Assembly (NCBI GenBank): GCA_030141605.1
Contig: JAQGDQ010000357.1
Span: forward strand, 62,001 to 126,000
Source of the DNA: Tubiluchus corallicola
Taxonomy: Eukaryota; Animalia; Priapulida
Direction: 5' to 3'
Length of the DNA: 64,000 bases
This document shows positions 26,891-38,915 of this stretch, piece after piece. Every line of letters starts with the position of its first letter. Position 1 is the first letter of the stretch. A model generated the notes under the pieces. That model did no database searches. It saw nothing but the letters and a program-made list of their open reading frames with translations, and was not told where the DNA came from. The translations under genes and the position numbers were made by a program.

Positions 26891-27477
26891 GACAAGTCCA
26901 TCAAGAGGAGTACCGACGAGTTAATTAGGTGTTCTATTTTCGGCAATTTTCGCTTAGAAAACTGCTGACGCAATGCACAACATTTGAATTGCCTAACATC
27001 GCTAAGTGCTTTTTACACTTATTTTTCTCTAGGCTTTTTCATGCAGGAACAACCATGTTTTTCTTTCACTGTAATTCTATTATGTTTTTCTTATCAATTA
27101 TATCATGTATATACTGTTTGAATAAACATTTTTGCATTATTGTATTTCGTTTTAGTAATACTTTACAGTTTATTTGGTGCTTGAGAATGGATTTTTTGCT
27201 TTTACATTATTTCTTATGAGAATAAATGATTCGGTTCTCAATGAAATCGGTTTTCAAACACTTTTTAGGAACGAATTATGGTTGAAAACAGAGGTTTGAC
27301 TGTAGAAGAAAAAACGACTTACTATTAGTTTTGTATTATTACTTTATTATTAGTTATTATTACTTTGCCAAGAAAATGATTTGTCACACAAGTCACATTT
27401 GTGGGGTTTCCTTCCAGTATTATTATGCTGTGGCACCTGTAACATGTTGACTCACATGTTGTAATGTTTATGTTGAC

Positions 27478-28991
27478 TCATGTCAACGTGGTATGAGTGT
27501 TCATGTGCTTGAGAAGATTACCTCTCTGAGAAAATGATTTGTCACATAAGTCACATTTGTGAGGCTTCATTCCAATATGTGTGTTCATGTGCCTGAGAAG
27601 ACTACATCGCCGAGAAACTGATTTGTCACATAAGTCACATCTGTGTGGTTTCATTCCAGTATGAATGTTCATGTGCCTGAGAAGATCACCTCGCCGAGAA
27701 AATGATTTGTCACATAAGTCACATCTGTGGGGTTTCATTCCACTATGTGTGTTCATGTGCCTGAGAAGACTACCTTGTTGAGAAAATGATTTGTCACATA
27801 AGTCACATTTGTGGGGTTTCATTCCAGTATGTGCATTCATGTGACTGAAAAGATGACCTCGCTGAGAAAATGCTTTGTCACATAAGTCACATTTGTGGGG
27901 TTTCATTCCAGTATGAATGTTCATGTGCCTGAGAAGATGACCTCGCTGAGAAAATGATTTGTCACATAAGTCACATTTGTGGGGTTTCATTCCAGTATGA
28001 GTGTTCATGTGACTGAGAAGACTACCTTGTTGAGAAAATGATTTGTCACATAAGTCACATCTGTGGGGTTTCATCATTCCACTATGTGTGTTCATGTGCC
28101 TGAGAAGACTACCTTGCTCAGAAAATGATTTGTCACATAAGTCACATTTGTGGGGTTTCATTCCAGTATGTGCGTTCATGTGCTTGAAAAGATGACCTCG
28201 CTGAGAAAATGATTTGTCACATAAGTCACATTTGTGGGGTTTCAATCCAGTATGAATATTCATGTGCCTGAGAAGATGACCTTGCTCAGAAAAAGATTTG
28301 TCACATAAGTCACATTTGTGGGGTTTCATTCCAGTATGAGTGTTCATGTGACTGAGAAGATGATGACGGCGAGAAAATGATTTGTCACACAAGTCACATT
28401 TGTGGGATTTCATTCCAGTATGAGTGTTCGTGTGCCTGAAAAGATGACCTCGCTGAGAAAATGATTTGTCACATAAGTCACATTTGTGGGGTTTCAAACC
28501 AGTATGAGTGTTCATGTGCTTGAGAAGATCACCTCGCTGAGAAAATGATTTGTCACATAAGTCACATTTGTGGGGTTTCAATCCAGTATGAGTTTTCATG
28601 TGCTTGAGAAGATCACCTCGCTGGGAAAATGATTTGTCACATAAGTCACATTTGTGGGGTTTCAATCCAGTATGAATATTCATGTGCCTGAGAAGATGAC
28701 CTTGCTCAGAAAAAGATTTGTCACATAAGTCACATTTGTGGGGTTTCATTCCAGTATGAGTGTTCATGTGACTGAGAAGATGATGACGGCGAGAAAATGA
28801 TTTGTCACACAAGTCACATTTGTGGGATTTCATTCCAGTATGAGTGTTCGTGTGCCTGAAAAGATGATGACGGCGAGAAAATGATTTGTCACATAAGTCA
28901 CATTTGTGAGGTTTCATTGCAGTATGAGCGTTCATGTGCGTGAGAAGGCTACCTTGCTCAGAAAATGATTTGTCACATAAGGAGGCGACAC
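27478..28991 (-). CDS. Terminal exon of a tandem C2H2 zinc-finger protein: 17 complete fingers plus 1 partial
   Basis: 84-bp units encoding KPH(K/R)CDLCDKSFSxxxxL(L/F)xHMNxHTG(M/L); acceptor ttgatacag at 28992, phase 1; extra truncated finger at ~27370-27420 after the stop. Upstream exons not securely found. Confidence 0.9.
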
Positions 28992-29966
28992 CTGTATCAA
29001 CGAGAAAGGAAAAGTAAAATTTACAGTTAAAAATGCAATTATCTTATTGAATATCATTATTAAGACTATGTAACAGGTTTACGATTTAAGAACACCATCT
29101 AGAAACATTAGTTTATTGACACAAAAGCAATTTGCGATTACAAATATCTACGTATAGAATCTACAATTCTACATTTTTGAATGTTACTAAGTAAAAAAAA
29201 AGCAAATAGCTAAGAAATAATTTCATTTTCTGACCATTTTTGCTCATTTATCCTATTTTTGTACTCCTTATACAAAGTCGGTGTGTTTACAATAATGCAA
29301 GGGTGGCAATTGTCCCTCTGCCTCTCCCACCCCCTGTTGCTTTTACATGAACACTAAATAACTAAGCAGAAGTATCAAAATAATCTACCAATTAATTAAG
29401 TAAAAATTCAGCTAAACTTTGCAGCTTGATCGTTCACGCAGCTGCTTTTACTGGCTGGAATATGGACTGATACGATTTTTGATCGATTTCCAACCTCAAC
29501 TGTTCGCAAACTCGGCCAGCGAACAGCTCAGTTGCTGTGGTCACATACATCTCGCATCACTGAAGAAGCTTCCTACACATCGTTTGCACTGAATGTGTAG
29601 CAATAATCCATAAAAATATAGGTAAAGTACAGAAAAGTACAGGTCTAGATGCACCCTCGGTCTGACTCAACTTTGACTATAAGGGACATCGGATATAAGG
29701 GATGATTTTTTCCGGTCAGGAGGTGTCCTTTATATCTGAGGTTGACTGTATGTAACAATTAAACAAGCTTATTAATTAATAAAAAAGACAGTCGCAATCT
29801 AATGAATGAGAGGTAAGCGAATGAATAGTAATAACAACATTATCAATTTAATACATTGTCAGGGCGTATTAACCAATAGGCTAACTAGGCTATAGCCTAG
29901 GGCACCAAAGTTTGAGGGTGTTACATTTTAGAAAATATTCTTTGTCTCCTCGGGAAAATGTGTATA

Positions 29967-30638
29967 CAGTCTAGCGTCGTTATCTCGCCACTGTCCGTCT
30001 AGGGCAAATTTTTGGCGAGAGGCGAGTATGGCGAGATAACGGGAATATATACGAAGTTAGTCTATATGTATATACATAATAGTTGATTAACATAGTGTTC
30101 CTCTATGTACATATAAAATATATTTCGCATTATGATACCAATCAACATTAAATCAGAAATGAAAAAATGTTACAAAAATAATCTTAGAATGTTACTTTTT
30201 TATTTAAAAAACCTTTTTCGAGTATACACTTAAAAATGCAATAAACTTAGGTGTTATAGAGTAAGGATATCGGTGACGCTTTAGTTTCTCTGCGCATTAA
30301 CCAACCACAGCACTCCTAATCTAATCCTGGTGAGACACACACTAGATTAATTATGTCTGTCTATTGAGTACAGCAGCATTGTCTACATATATACTATTGG
30401 TTATATTGATCGACACGCGGTATATGTATTGATCGATTCACCTCTGAGTTTGTCTGTTTGGCGACATAACAAATATAGTTTACATAAGCACTCATCCTAG
30501 CATGACATGGCGAGGGTGAGAAGCGAGGGTGGCGACTTAACGAGGTAAATATCAAAGCAGGAAATCCGTCCTGATACTTTCTATGGCGAGAGACAAGTTT
30601 GGCGGCATAATGAGGGGCGAAATAACGAGGCTAGACTG
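29967..30638. mobile_element. Tc1/mariner/pogo-type MITE (672 bp) inserted in an older repeat
   Basis: TA|CAGTCTAGCGTCGTTATCTCGCC...GGCGAAATAACGAGGCTAGACTG|TA; the empty site is seen in the host-repeat paralog at ~37040-37075. Confidence 0.92.
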
Positions 30639-31732
30639 TACTTTCATATTCATGTAAAGGGCATATTTCATAACACACCACAGGCAGCTACTGAGCGCAG
30701 ATTTTATATAAGTGCCACATAACGAACAAATGCAACGTATTACACAACAAGCAGTTGCGCAATATGCTTCAATATAAGTCAACATCTATGTTATAATTAC
30801 TCAGCAATACGCTTAGCTGTTTGAAAGACTTAAAGGACAAGAAAAGGGGCACCTGAAGTAGGTTTCAGAAAAATTGTCTTAAAAAATTATACTACTTATG
30901 GCAATTTTATGCACATATCGTATTCGCGTTGAAAGGAATTTTCATTTGTTGTCATTTTACATCTCCTGCAATACTGTTCCGATGGCGCTATTACATGACG
31001 TCACTACGCCACGTAGATCAGGGGAAGAAAAGGCAATGTTAAATTATGACCCAAAAAAGTTTCCGTGCAAATCTATATTACTTAGCATTTCATTTACCTG
31101 GTGTAAAGACTTATGCAACTAAAATAATAATTTAAAATGTTTGTGCCAATTGGTAAATGTCGCTGACTCACCCTCCAGGGTGCGCCACTCACTAGCCAAA
31201 AACGTATTTTTAATCTTATTGACAAGATACAGTAATTTAAAATTTTACTTAGTTAGCAACGTTTAAGCCACAAATGCTCTGATTATTTTTTCAAACTTTA
31301 TTTAATGTTATTAAAACTTTTTCCACAAGACCTACCATTAAAATGGCTGCGTCTAGCGGTCATTGCGGGAGTTTAAATTTACACGTTTTATACAGTGTTA
31401 CTGCCGATGCAAGCCATGCATATAAAAAGGTAATATGTAAGTGGTAGAAAATTTCGAGACGAATTTTTTAAGCTTTATGTATGTGGAGGGTTTTTTGTGC
31501 TTTAAGTAACTGGAAAAGAAAATTCCTAATCATTTAAAATGTTGGAGTCAACTGGTAAAATAGCAGTGCACATAGATTCACCAAAAACATATTTTTAACC
31601 TCACTAATAGATTTACAGACTTTCACTAAGCGTGCCATTTTTTTATTTTGCCACCTTTACCTACTTTTCCATTTGTGCTTCAAAAAATATATAAAGACAA
31701 AGTCCTGTGTTGGGTGGCTGGTTGTCCTGCGT

Positions 31733-31810
31733 TAGGCAGCCGAGTGGTTTAGATATCGGACTGCAAGCACGCAGTCTTGAGTTCGATACTAGCGCCTACC
31801 AGGGCCAAAG
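31733..31810 (+). mobile_element. tRNA-derived SINE head (degenerate)
   Basis: A-box-like GGCAGCCGAGTGG and B-box-like GAGTTCGATAC at tRNA spacing; no clean cloverleaf. Confidence 0.5.
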
Positions 31811-32329
31811 GAATATACTCTGCATGTTATTTGTTATACGTGTGTTGCGTATTTACCCGTATTGTAAATGTAAGTCGCAAAATTTAGGTGTGCTAATGTT
31901 GTCTGTTAAATTTTGTCTTTGTCACTGAAAATACATGTAAGTTTGAAAATCGGACCCAATGCACTAAACATTAACATTGGACCTAAACACGGACCTAAAC
32001 TTAACATTTTTGAAATCCAACTTTTCAAATTTTTGCTTTTAAAACTCCATACTATTGTTGCAACCACTCCCCCTCGCAAATTACAGCTCCTAGACCATCA
32101 CAGGGACGCCAACTTATGTTAGTTGAAACATTCAAAGATTTTCCACTTCTGTTATTAGTAGTCGTACAGAACAGTGAGCAAGTTTCAAGTTCAGGTTTCC
32201 GTCCTGACACTTCTGTGACCAGTTTAGTACTTTAATTAAACAACAGTACCACCGCTTAGTAGCCAAGTTCTCAAGTAAGTGAAGCGCGGCCAAAAAGAAA
32301 AGGCTCCTAGTGCTAATCAGTCTACTATA

Positions 32330-34352
32330 GGTTTTACACGTCAAATGTGGACATAGGAATTTCAAATGCGTTTTGGTAACTCAGATGTGACTTAGGTAAG
32401 TCAAATGTAGACAAAGGAATTTCGAATGTGTTTTGGTAACTCAAATGTGACTTAGGTAAGTCAAATGTAGATGCGGTACTTTGAATAAATCGGTAATTAA
32501 CTATTTAAGTGCAAATTACAAAAAATAAAACCAAATTAAAATTATATTTTATGGTCATGGTGCTATCGGCAGCATCGGTTTTTATAAATTATATTTAATT
32601 AATTTGCAACTATTTGTATGGATGCTAATAGATTTTTCAAATGTAAAGAAAATGTTTATTTGATAAGAACACTTAAAAGCGTTGTACATAAATAAGTTAA
32701 CAATTATACAATTATTAATATAAACACCATTCTACATTTTATTTGTCAACGTTTTGCAAAAACATTTTTTTGAATAATTAATGAAATCTGCAAAATTAAA
32801 CTTGTAATCAATGCTCAAGACCAGCATTTTAAAATTATAGTACCGCTGACTCATAAATAATAAATAAACAACAAACTTGAACAAAAATTTGATATGAACA
32901 AGATTTACATCAGAATATCATCGTAGGTTAAGCAGCAAGGTACACACTGCTGCATATGCCGAAAATAATTGGCTGCATCTGTGGGCATTATGATATTAAC
33001 AGACTGTTCTGCTAACTGAGCTAATGTTGCTATTCTCTGACCGTGATTTTGCACTAGAAGATTTTCTCTAATATCTGCAAGAAGATGCTTTATTTCAGCC
33101 TTCCACTTACTGAATACGTTCTTGACAATATTTAAAAAGGGAGAATAAGGAGGAAGCCTCTTAATTTGAATTGGCAGGCTCAAATCTGGCGGCAAGGCTG
33201 CTCCCCTGTGAGCAGGTGCATTGTCAAAAACGAAAAAATTTTCCCGACCATCGTCATGCAGGGTATCTGTTGCGTCTTGAAGAAATGCATTAAAACGTTC
33301 TCTGTTCATTCCACCTTCTGTTAAGAAATGATATATGAGGCCATTTGTATTGCTTACTGCAAAAGTCATTGTAAGATTGCCTCCGCGACGACCAGCCACA
33401 ACTCGCACGGCTCTTTGACCCTGTATTGCCCTTCCTCTCGTCCTCTTCATCCACAGGTTTATGCCCGCTCCGTCAATGAATATAATTTCACATTGCAAAC
33501 CTCTCTCCATCAACCAGTGTGCATAAAGAAAGCGTTCGGGCTTCACTCTTTCACTATTTCTATCCACTACAGCATCTTCTAACTTTTTCATTACAATCAG
33601 GCGCCCCTTTAACACATTAGCTAACGTTGAACGGGATGCATTGTTTCTCAGGCATGTCTTGGCGCATAGACGCAATGATTTGCTCTAGCGTAAATTCTGA
33701 ATGAGTCTCTATAAGATTAACAGCATAGTCTGCCATTTCTTCATCAACGAGCTTTATTCTGAAGCCACCACGTGGTTTGACAATTCTACCTTCCAGTGCT
33801 CTCTTAATAATAGCCCACGCAGTTGATTTTTTTATTCTTAGTTGCCGTGCAAGAGGTAAGTAATCATCACTTCTTTCATAACTTTGAAAAATGCGTAGTT
33901 TATCCTCAAACGAAATTCTTTGATAAACCATGTCGGCAGAAAACAATAAATCGGTTCCCACTTCCCAATGAAGAGTGACTCACTAATTAGCTTTTTAAGT
34001 AATGCATTAGCACTGCATTAATGAATTAGTTTCTCTCAAGAAACATTGTTTTCTCTAACAGTTCCAGTGGTATGTAAATTTTGCAGAATATTAGTGAACT
34101 ACTAGTAGGCCTATAAAGTTGTTATTTTAAATTAGGAGCAATTATTAAATTGAAATTAAAAAAGATTAAATTTAACATCCTTAAACTTTACCACCTATCC
34201 ACATTTGATTTACCAAAAGCGCTCAAGATTTGTTGAAAACCATTGTTAACACATTTGAACTACCTAAGTCCACACTTGAGTTACCAAGACACATTTGAGT
34301 TACCTAAATCTACATTTGACTTAACGTAGGTCCACATTTGACATGTAAAACC
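32330..34352 (-). mobile_element. Full-length IS630-Tc1-mariner DNA transposon (2023 bp), decayed
   Basis: 23-bp TIR GGTTTTACA(C/T)GTCAAATGTGGAC at both ends; arrays of TCAAATGT(G/A) subterminal repeats; TA at the left flank. Confidence 0.92.
32905..33931 (-). pseudogene. DDE transposase pseudogene (IS630-like)
   Basis: HTH N-terminus (LARQLRIKKSTAWAII) in one frame; catalytic domain IIFIDGAG...FVFDNAPAH...LPPYSPFLNIVKNVFSKWK in another, frameshift near 33640; the third catalytic position reads K instead of E. Confidence 0.88.
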
Positions 34353-34921
34353 ATAGAATTGAATCACGTTCTGCTTCTGGACGCAGCCATGATCGCGAAA
34401 GGAACCGCTACTTGAGACGCACCACTCAATTCTGGTCAGTTCACTTTATTTCACCATCAAATGTTTTCGGTGTAAACTAGATACATTTTAGCAAATACAA
34501 TAATAATTATTATACAGAAAATTAAATATGGCAGACTAAATAAAATATTCCAATAGCAAATAATACACAGGTGCAGTTACTACTGCAATGATATTAAAAT
34601 CCGATACCAACATAGAAATAAGAGACTCAAAAATTGATTGACAGATTTATTAAAAACCCTGTGGCAGAGGACTTACGTATTATTATCTAGATCTATTATT
34701 CGCAAACATACTTTTTACCCTTTGCTGTTTCTACATGTACTACAATTAAAGCAAAGTACTATATCTAGAGGGCATAATTTACAACTTTTTAAGAAGGGTC
34801 GTGCCTTAACACTAGGAGTGAGTATTCCCTACCAGATGTAGGATGAGGACTATGTAGGAGGTTCGCGTATTTTTGATTATACGTGTATTTATACGCAAAA
34901 TTTTTTGCGGGGCCTTTGCTA

Positions 34922-34997
<76 letters not shown>

Positions 34998-34998
34998 T
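34922..34998. repeat. (TTA)n microsatellite
   Basis: Directly visible. Confidence 0.97.
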
Positions 34999-35920
34999 AA
35001 TAATAAATCTGCTTACTGATAAAATAGATACATCAAATAAAAGCCTCTCTACTTGCATGAGAAACTTAGACAAGTAAAATGTAAAATACTGTTTAAAATC
35101 CGGGATTCAACATCATAGGTATAATTAAGCAATTAATCAGCACAATAAAATGAAATGAAAATTTAAAACTTATAAAAACTGATAATTGTCATCATATAGG
35201 AGGCAGATGGCAGATAGTCAAAGCCCACTGTATCACAGTTTGTTTACGAGGTAATTTCCATAGCAAGCTACAACTTTATCTTAATTTAGCAGTGATTACA
35301 GAAAGTTAAGAGGAATTTTACTAATGCAGTAAGTAATTTCAGGTTTTTGTCAGTATAGTCTCACTAATATCTGGAGATTGTAAATTAGAAACGAAATCAA
35401 GCTTAGTATTATAATTAACAAGATCACAATCAAATAGTAAGTGTTGTACAGTTTGCACGTCATTAGCACAATGGCACAAATTGTCTGATATGCAGCCTAT
35501 TTTACATAGGAATTCTTTAAATTGTCTTGTTAAAGCAAAAGACTAATAGCTAGTGTTTCAAGAGATCTCCAGCCTGTTTTCAAGAGATCGTCACTAAATT
35601 TTACATAATCGAACAGATTTGATTGTTTGATTGACGCTGTATACATTAGAAATTAATTTTGTAATACGTCAATTAATAATAGTCATATAGTATAAGTATC
35701 ACATCTAAAACAGAAAGAAACAGAAAGAATTGCAATAAATTCGAGGTAATTTAGACTGTGACAAGGCTCAACCACTGCCAGAATTACCACCACTATACCA
35801 CCACCGACACCGTCGCCGTCATCATCATCATCATCACCATCAACATCATCAACAGCATCATCATCATCACCACTGTCATTTTTATCCTCCTTCTCCTCAT
35901 CGTCATCCCCATAACTATCA

Positions 35921-35952
<32 letters not shown>

Positions 35953-35963
35953 TACCTACCATA

Positions 35964-36169
35964 CTACAAGATCGAGCATCTCGTTATCGGAGGATACTTC
36001 TCTTCGTCGCCCCTTTTTACAGACCTTTTTTTAAGTTGTCTTTGTCCTGGTTTTTGTGCTCTTCCTCTTTTTCGTTTAGACTGACTGCGGCCAGCACGTT
36101 TTGGTGGTCTTCTACGTTTCGAATTTCTGACCCGCGATTTGCTCTGACGTGAGCTGCGAGACCGTAAAC
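35964..36169 (-). CDS. Terminal exon encoding a protamine-like R/K/S-rich peptide ending in CaaX (CSIL), copy 1
   Basis: Acceptor ttttgtag, phase 1: (G/S)LRSRSSRQSKSRVRNSKRRRPPKRAGRSQSKRKRGRAQKPGQRQLKKRSVKRGDEEKYPPITRCSIL*. Paralogous to 47541-47728 with synonymous changes in this frame. Candidate first exon ATGTTATACA|gtaagt at 36868-36859. Not in the ORF track. Confidence 0.75.
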
Positions 36170-36317
36170 CTACAAAATACGAGAAATAAAAAAAATGATG
36201 CTTGAAAATTTATTGAAGCACTTAAGGATGTATTATGATATTGAATTGCGCCAGTACCGTATACTTTATTAAAAATCAAAAAGGCAATTGCTTTCAGAAA
36301 TGACAGCTGTCAAGAAA

Positions 36318-36331
36318 AGAGAGAGGGAGGA

Positions 36332-36384
<53 letters not shown>

Positions 36385-36538
36385 GAGAGAGAGAGAGAGA
36401 AAGAGGAAGAGAGAGAGAGAGAGAGAGAGAGGGGGGAGAGAAAGAGAGAGCGAAAGAGAGACACACATAAAGAGAGAGGAATGAGAGAGAGGAAAAGAGA
36501 GAAAAAGAGAGAGAGAAAAAAAGAAAGAGAAAGAAAGA

Positions 36539-36589
<51 letters not shown>

Positions 36590-36594
36590 AGAGA
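36318..36594. repeat. (GA)n purine-rich microsatellite
   Basis: Directly visible. Confidence 0.95.
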
Positions 36595-38915
36595 AAGCTT
36601 TTAGAAAGTTTAAAATAAAGTACTCTAGAGGATGACCCAAAATTCTTCAGGGAAGAAACTGTTGCACGCTAGAAAGTTATTGCGAGTGTTTTGCTATGGC
36701 TTTTAAATTTGAGCAGCTTTTGACACCAAGAAATTAAAATACAATAACTTGCAATTTTCCCCCACATTATTACGATTGGATTAATTCATTTAATAACGCG
36801 TTTGCTTAGTCGTATTAATTACAAATGTATGGGTATTATTACAACATATTTGACTTACTGTATAACATAAATCATTTTTTATTGTTCAGCACATCAATAA
36901 ATATTGTTATGTTTATTTTAATTTAATTTGTTTCGTATTTTATAGAGGGCTATACGTTTTGAGGTGGTCCACAGGGGCGTACTAACCAATAGGCTAACTA
37001 GAGTTTGAGGGCCTTCGCATTTTAGTGAAAAATCTCATTCTCCTCGGAAAGTGTGTATAATTTCATATTCATGCAAAGAGCTTATAGGCAGTTGATGAGC
37101 GCAACTTTCATATAAGTGCCACACAACGAACAGGTGGAAGGTATTATAAGCGCTGTGCAAATATATGTAATTGATAATGACTACGTACAAACTAGGCTAA
37201 ATACTGTTTCTTACACACCACAAGTAATTACTAAACCTGCTCATTACATAAACAACCATAAATTCACAATAGAGATAAGTGAATTTGTTGTAGGCCTAAA
37301 TCTTATGTACAGAGAAACACTTAATAATGTATAACACGTTACTCGTCGAATACGCCGAATACTTATTTAAATTAATTAAACGAGGTAATAACGAAGTTAT
37401 TTCCTTACCTGTCAAGTTGTATAATAAAAATCATATCAGTTATTAATCCAAAAATTTTGAATTCATATAACTGTAATTGGTGCCATTATCGTTTCAGATC
37501 ACTTCAGAAGCGATTCAGATCATTTTTGTAAGGGAACATGCTAACAGTAAACTACGAAAAAGCGTTGTTTTGCTAATCTCTGATTATAAAGCAGCATATA
37601 CTAACAGTGCTTTGTGGACAATTATAGCTTTCTATGCCTGCTTGCCACTCCTCCGTGCCTTCCAATAGTTGTGGAGCACCGCTGGTGTCTGTTGTAAGAC
37701 ATTAAAACTGTCAAACACGTTTCAAAACCACCTTGTCCTATAGTTCTCATTGACTTTTGATCAGTAACCTTGGTCTCTGACTTCTTCTAGGCTGACTTTT
37801 AGAAAAATCTATATACAATTCCTTAATACTCTTAAAATCTGTTTTACCACATTTATTATAATGATTTGAATGAAATAAAAAGGCGCTGGAATGCCTTACA
37901 ATAATATAATATCCATTTTGAAGTTGCAAATCATTTAATTAATTCACTTTTGCTTATTGTATATTCACTAAGCCTATGAAAAGTTGAAAGCGATTTTTAT
38001 CGTAGTTGAGCACAAAATTTATTTTTTATAAACACAAGCACATCAAAATTAAAATACAAGATTATAAATATTAGACTCCGCAAAATGCAGCATTAATTTT
38101 CTTAGTTATCAGATATAAACAAATATTACAAGTTAATTAGTTCGTTTCATTGATATTAGTGTGGAATTATTCTTCCATAAAAATCAGTAGAACTTGCAAT
38201 AAAAAATCGATCAGTTAGATTTGTGCAATGTACAACTGAATATAGATATTTTGATAGTAATTACAATTTGATTGAGGCTGTCAGACAGTAAATAATACCA
38301 CGTCTTGAAATGCCAAAAACTATTTAATCATTAATTCATTTTACTGACTCCATGTTTAGGCTAGAAATATGTACACATATCGGTTAAGCTATGTACAAGC
38401 ACAGTTCATTCGTGTAAAGTTCAACTTCTGCATCTCTTTTACAAGCAGTGATACAGCTTAACTTTTTTGCACTAGATGTCAGCACCATAAACGGCGTAAC
38501 GCATGCTGGGTACAGTGAGTGATGTTACGCATTTCTTCAACCATTTAGTGTCTTTTTAAATATTATACACTGATTGAAATCATAGTAGCATGAAAAACAG
38601 ATATGCCAATGATTGAAATGCAGCATTTTAAAGGTCAGGCAACGTGAACAAATCTCGAGAAATACACCAAAATTAAAGATTTTTACATATAAATACTATA
38701 GTAAACAGAATTAATCATGTTAGACACATGTTTTGGAATGCCATACACAAACGAAGTCTAAATAATTTATGGAACAGTAATTATTATTGTTTACAAAAAT
38801 GTACTGTTCATTCCAGTTTATTTGACATTTAATACTGGGATAGGCTATTGTACTGGTCATTTACATGGTTATTTGTGAACAGAGCAGGATATAGACGATT
38901 GTCTCCTCGTCAGAT

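Noticed and set aside
27478-28991. Calling the ZF gene PRDM9
   Set aside because: No PR/SET (NWMRYV-like), KRAB or SSXRD exon was found on the minus strand; array style alone is not diagnostic.
31733-31810. tRNA-Cys gene (CTGCAAG loop)
   Set aside because: Stems do not pair into a proper cloverleaf; treated as a SINE head.
33617-33675. Programmed ribosomal frameshift as in bacterial IS630
   Set aside because: No slippery heptamer at the overlap, and catalytic motifs are also mutated (DE to DG, E to K), so decay is the simpler reading.
37404-37430. Recursive splice site (ttgacag|gtaagg) upstream of basic exon copy 1
   Set aside because: Introns here are short and the motif may be an ordinary donor or acceptor; it cannot be resolved without RNA data.
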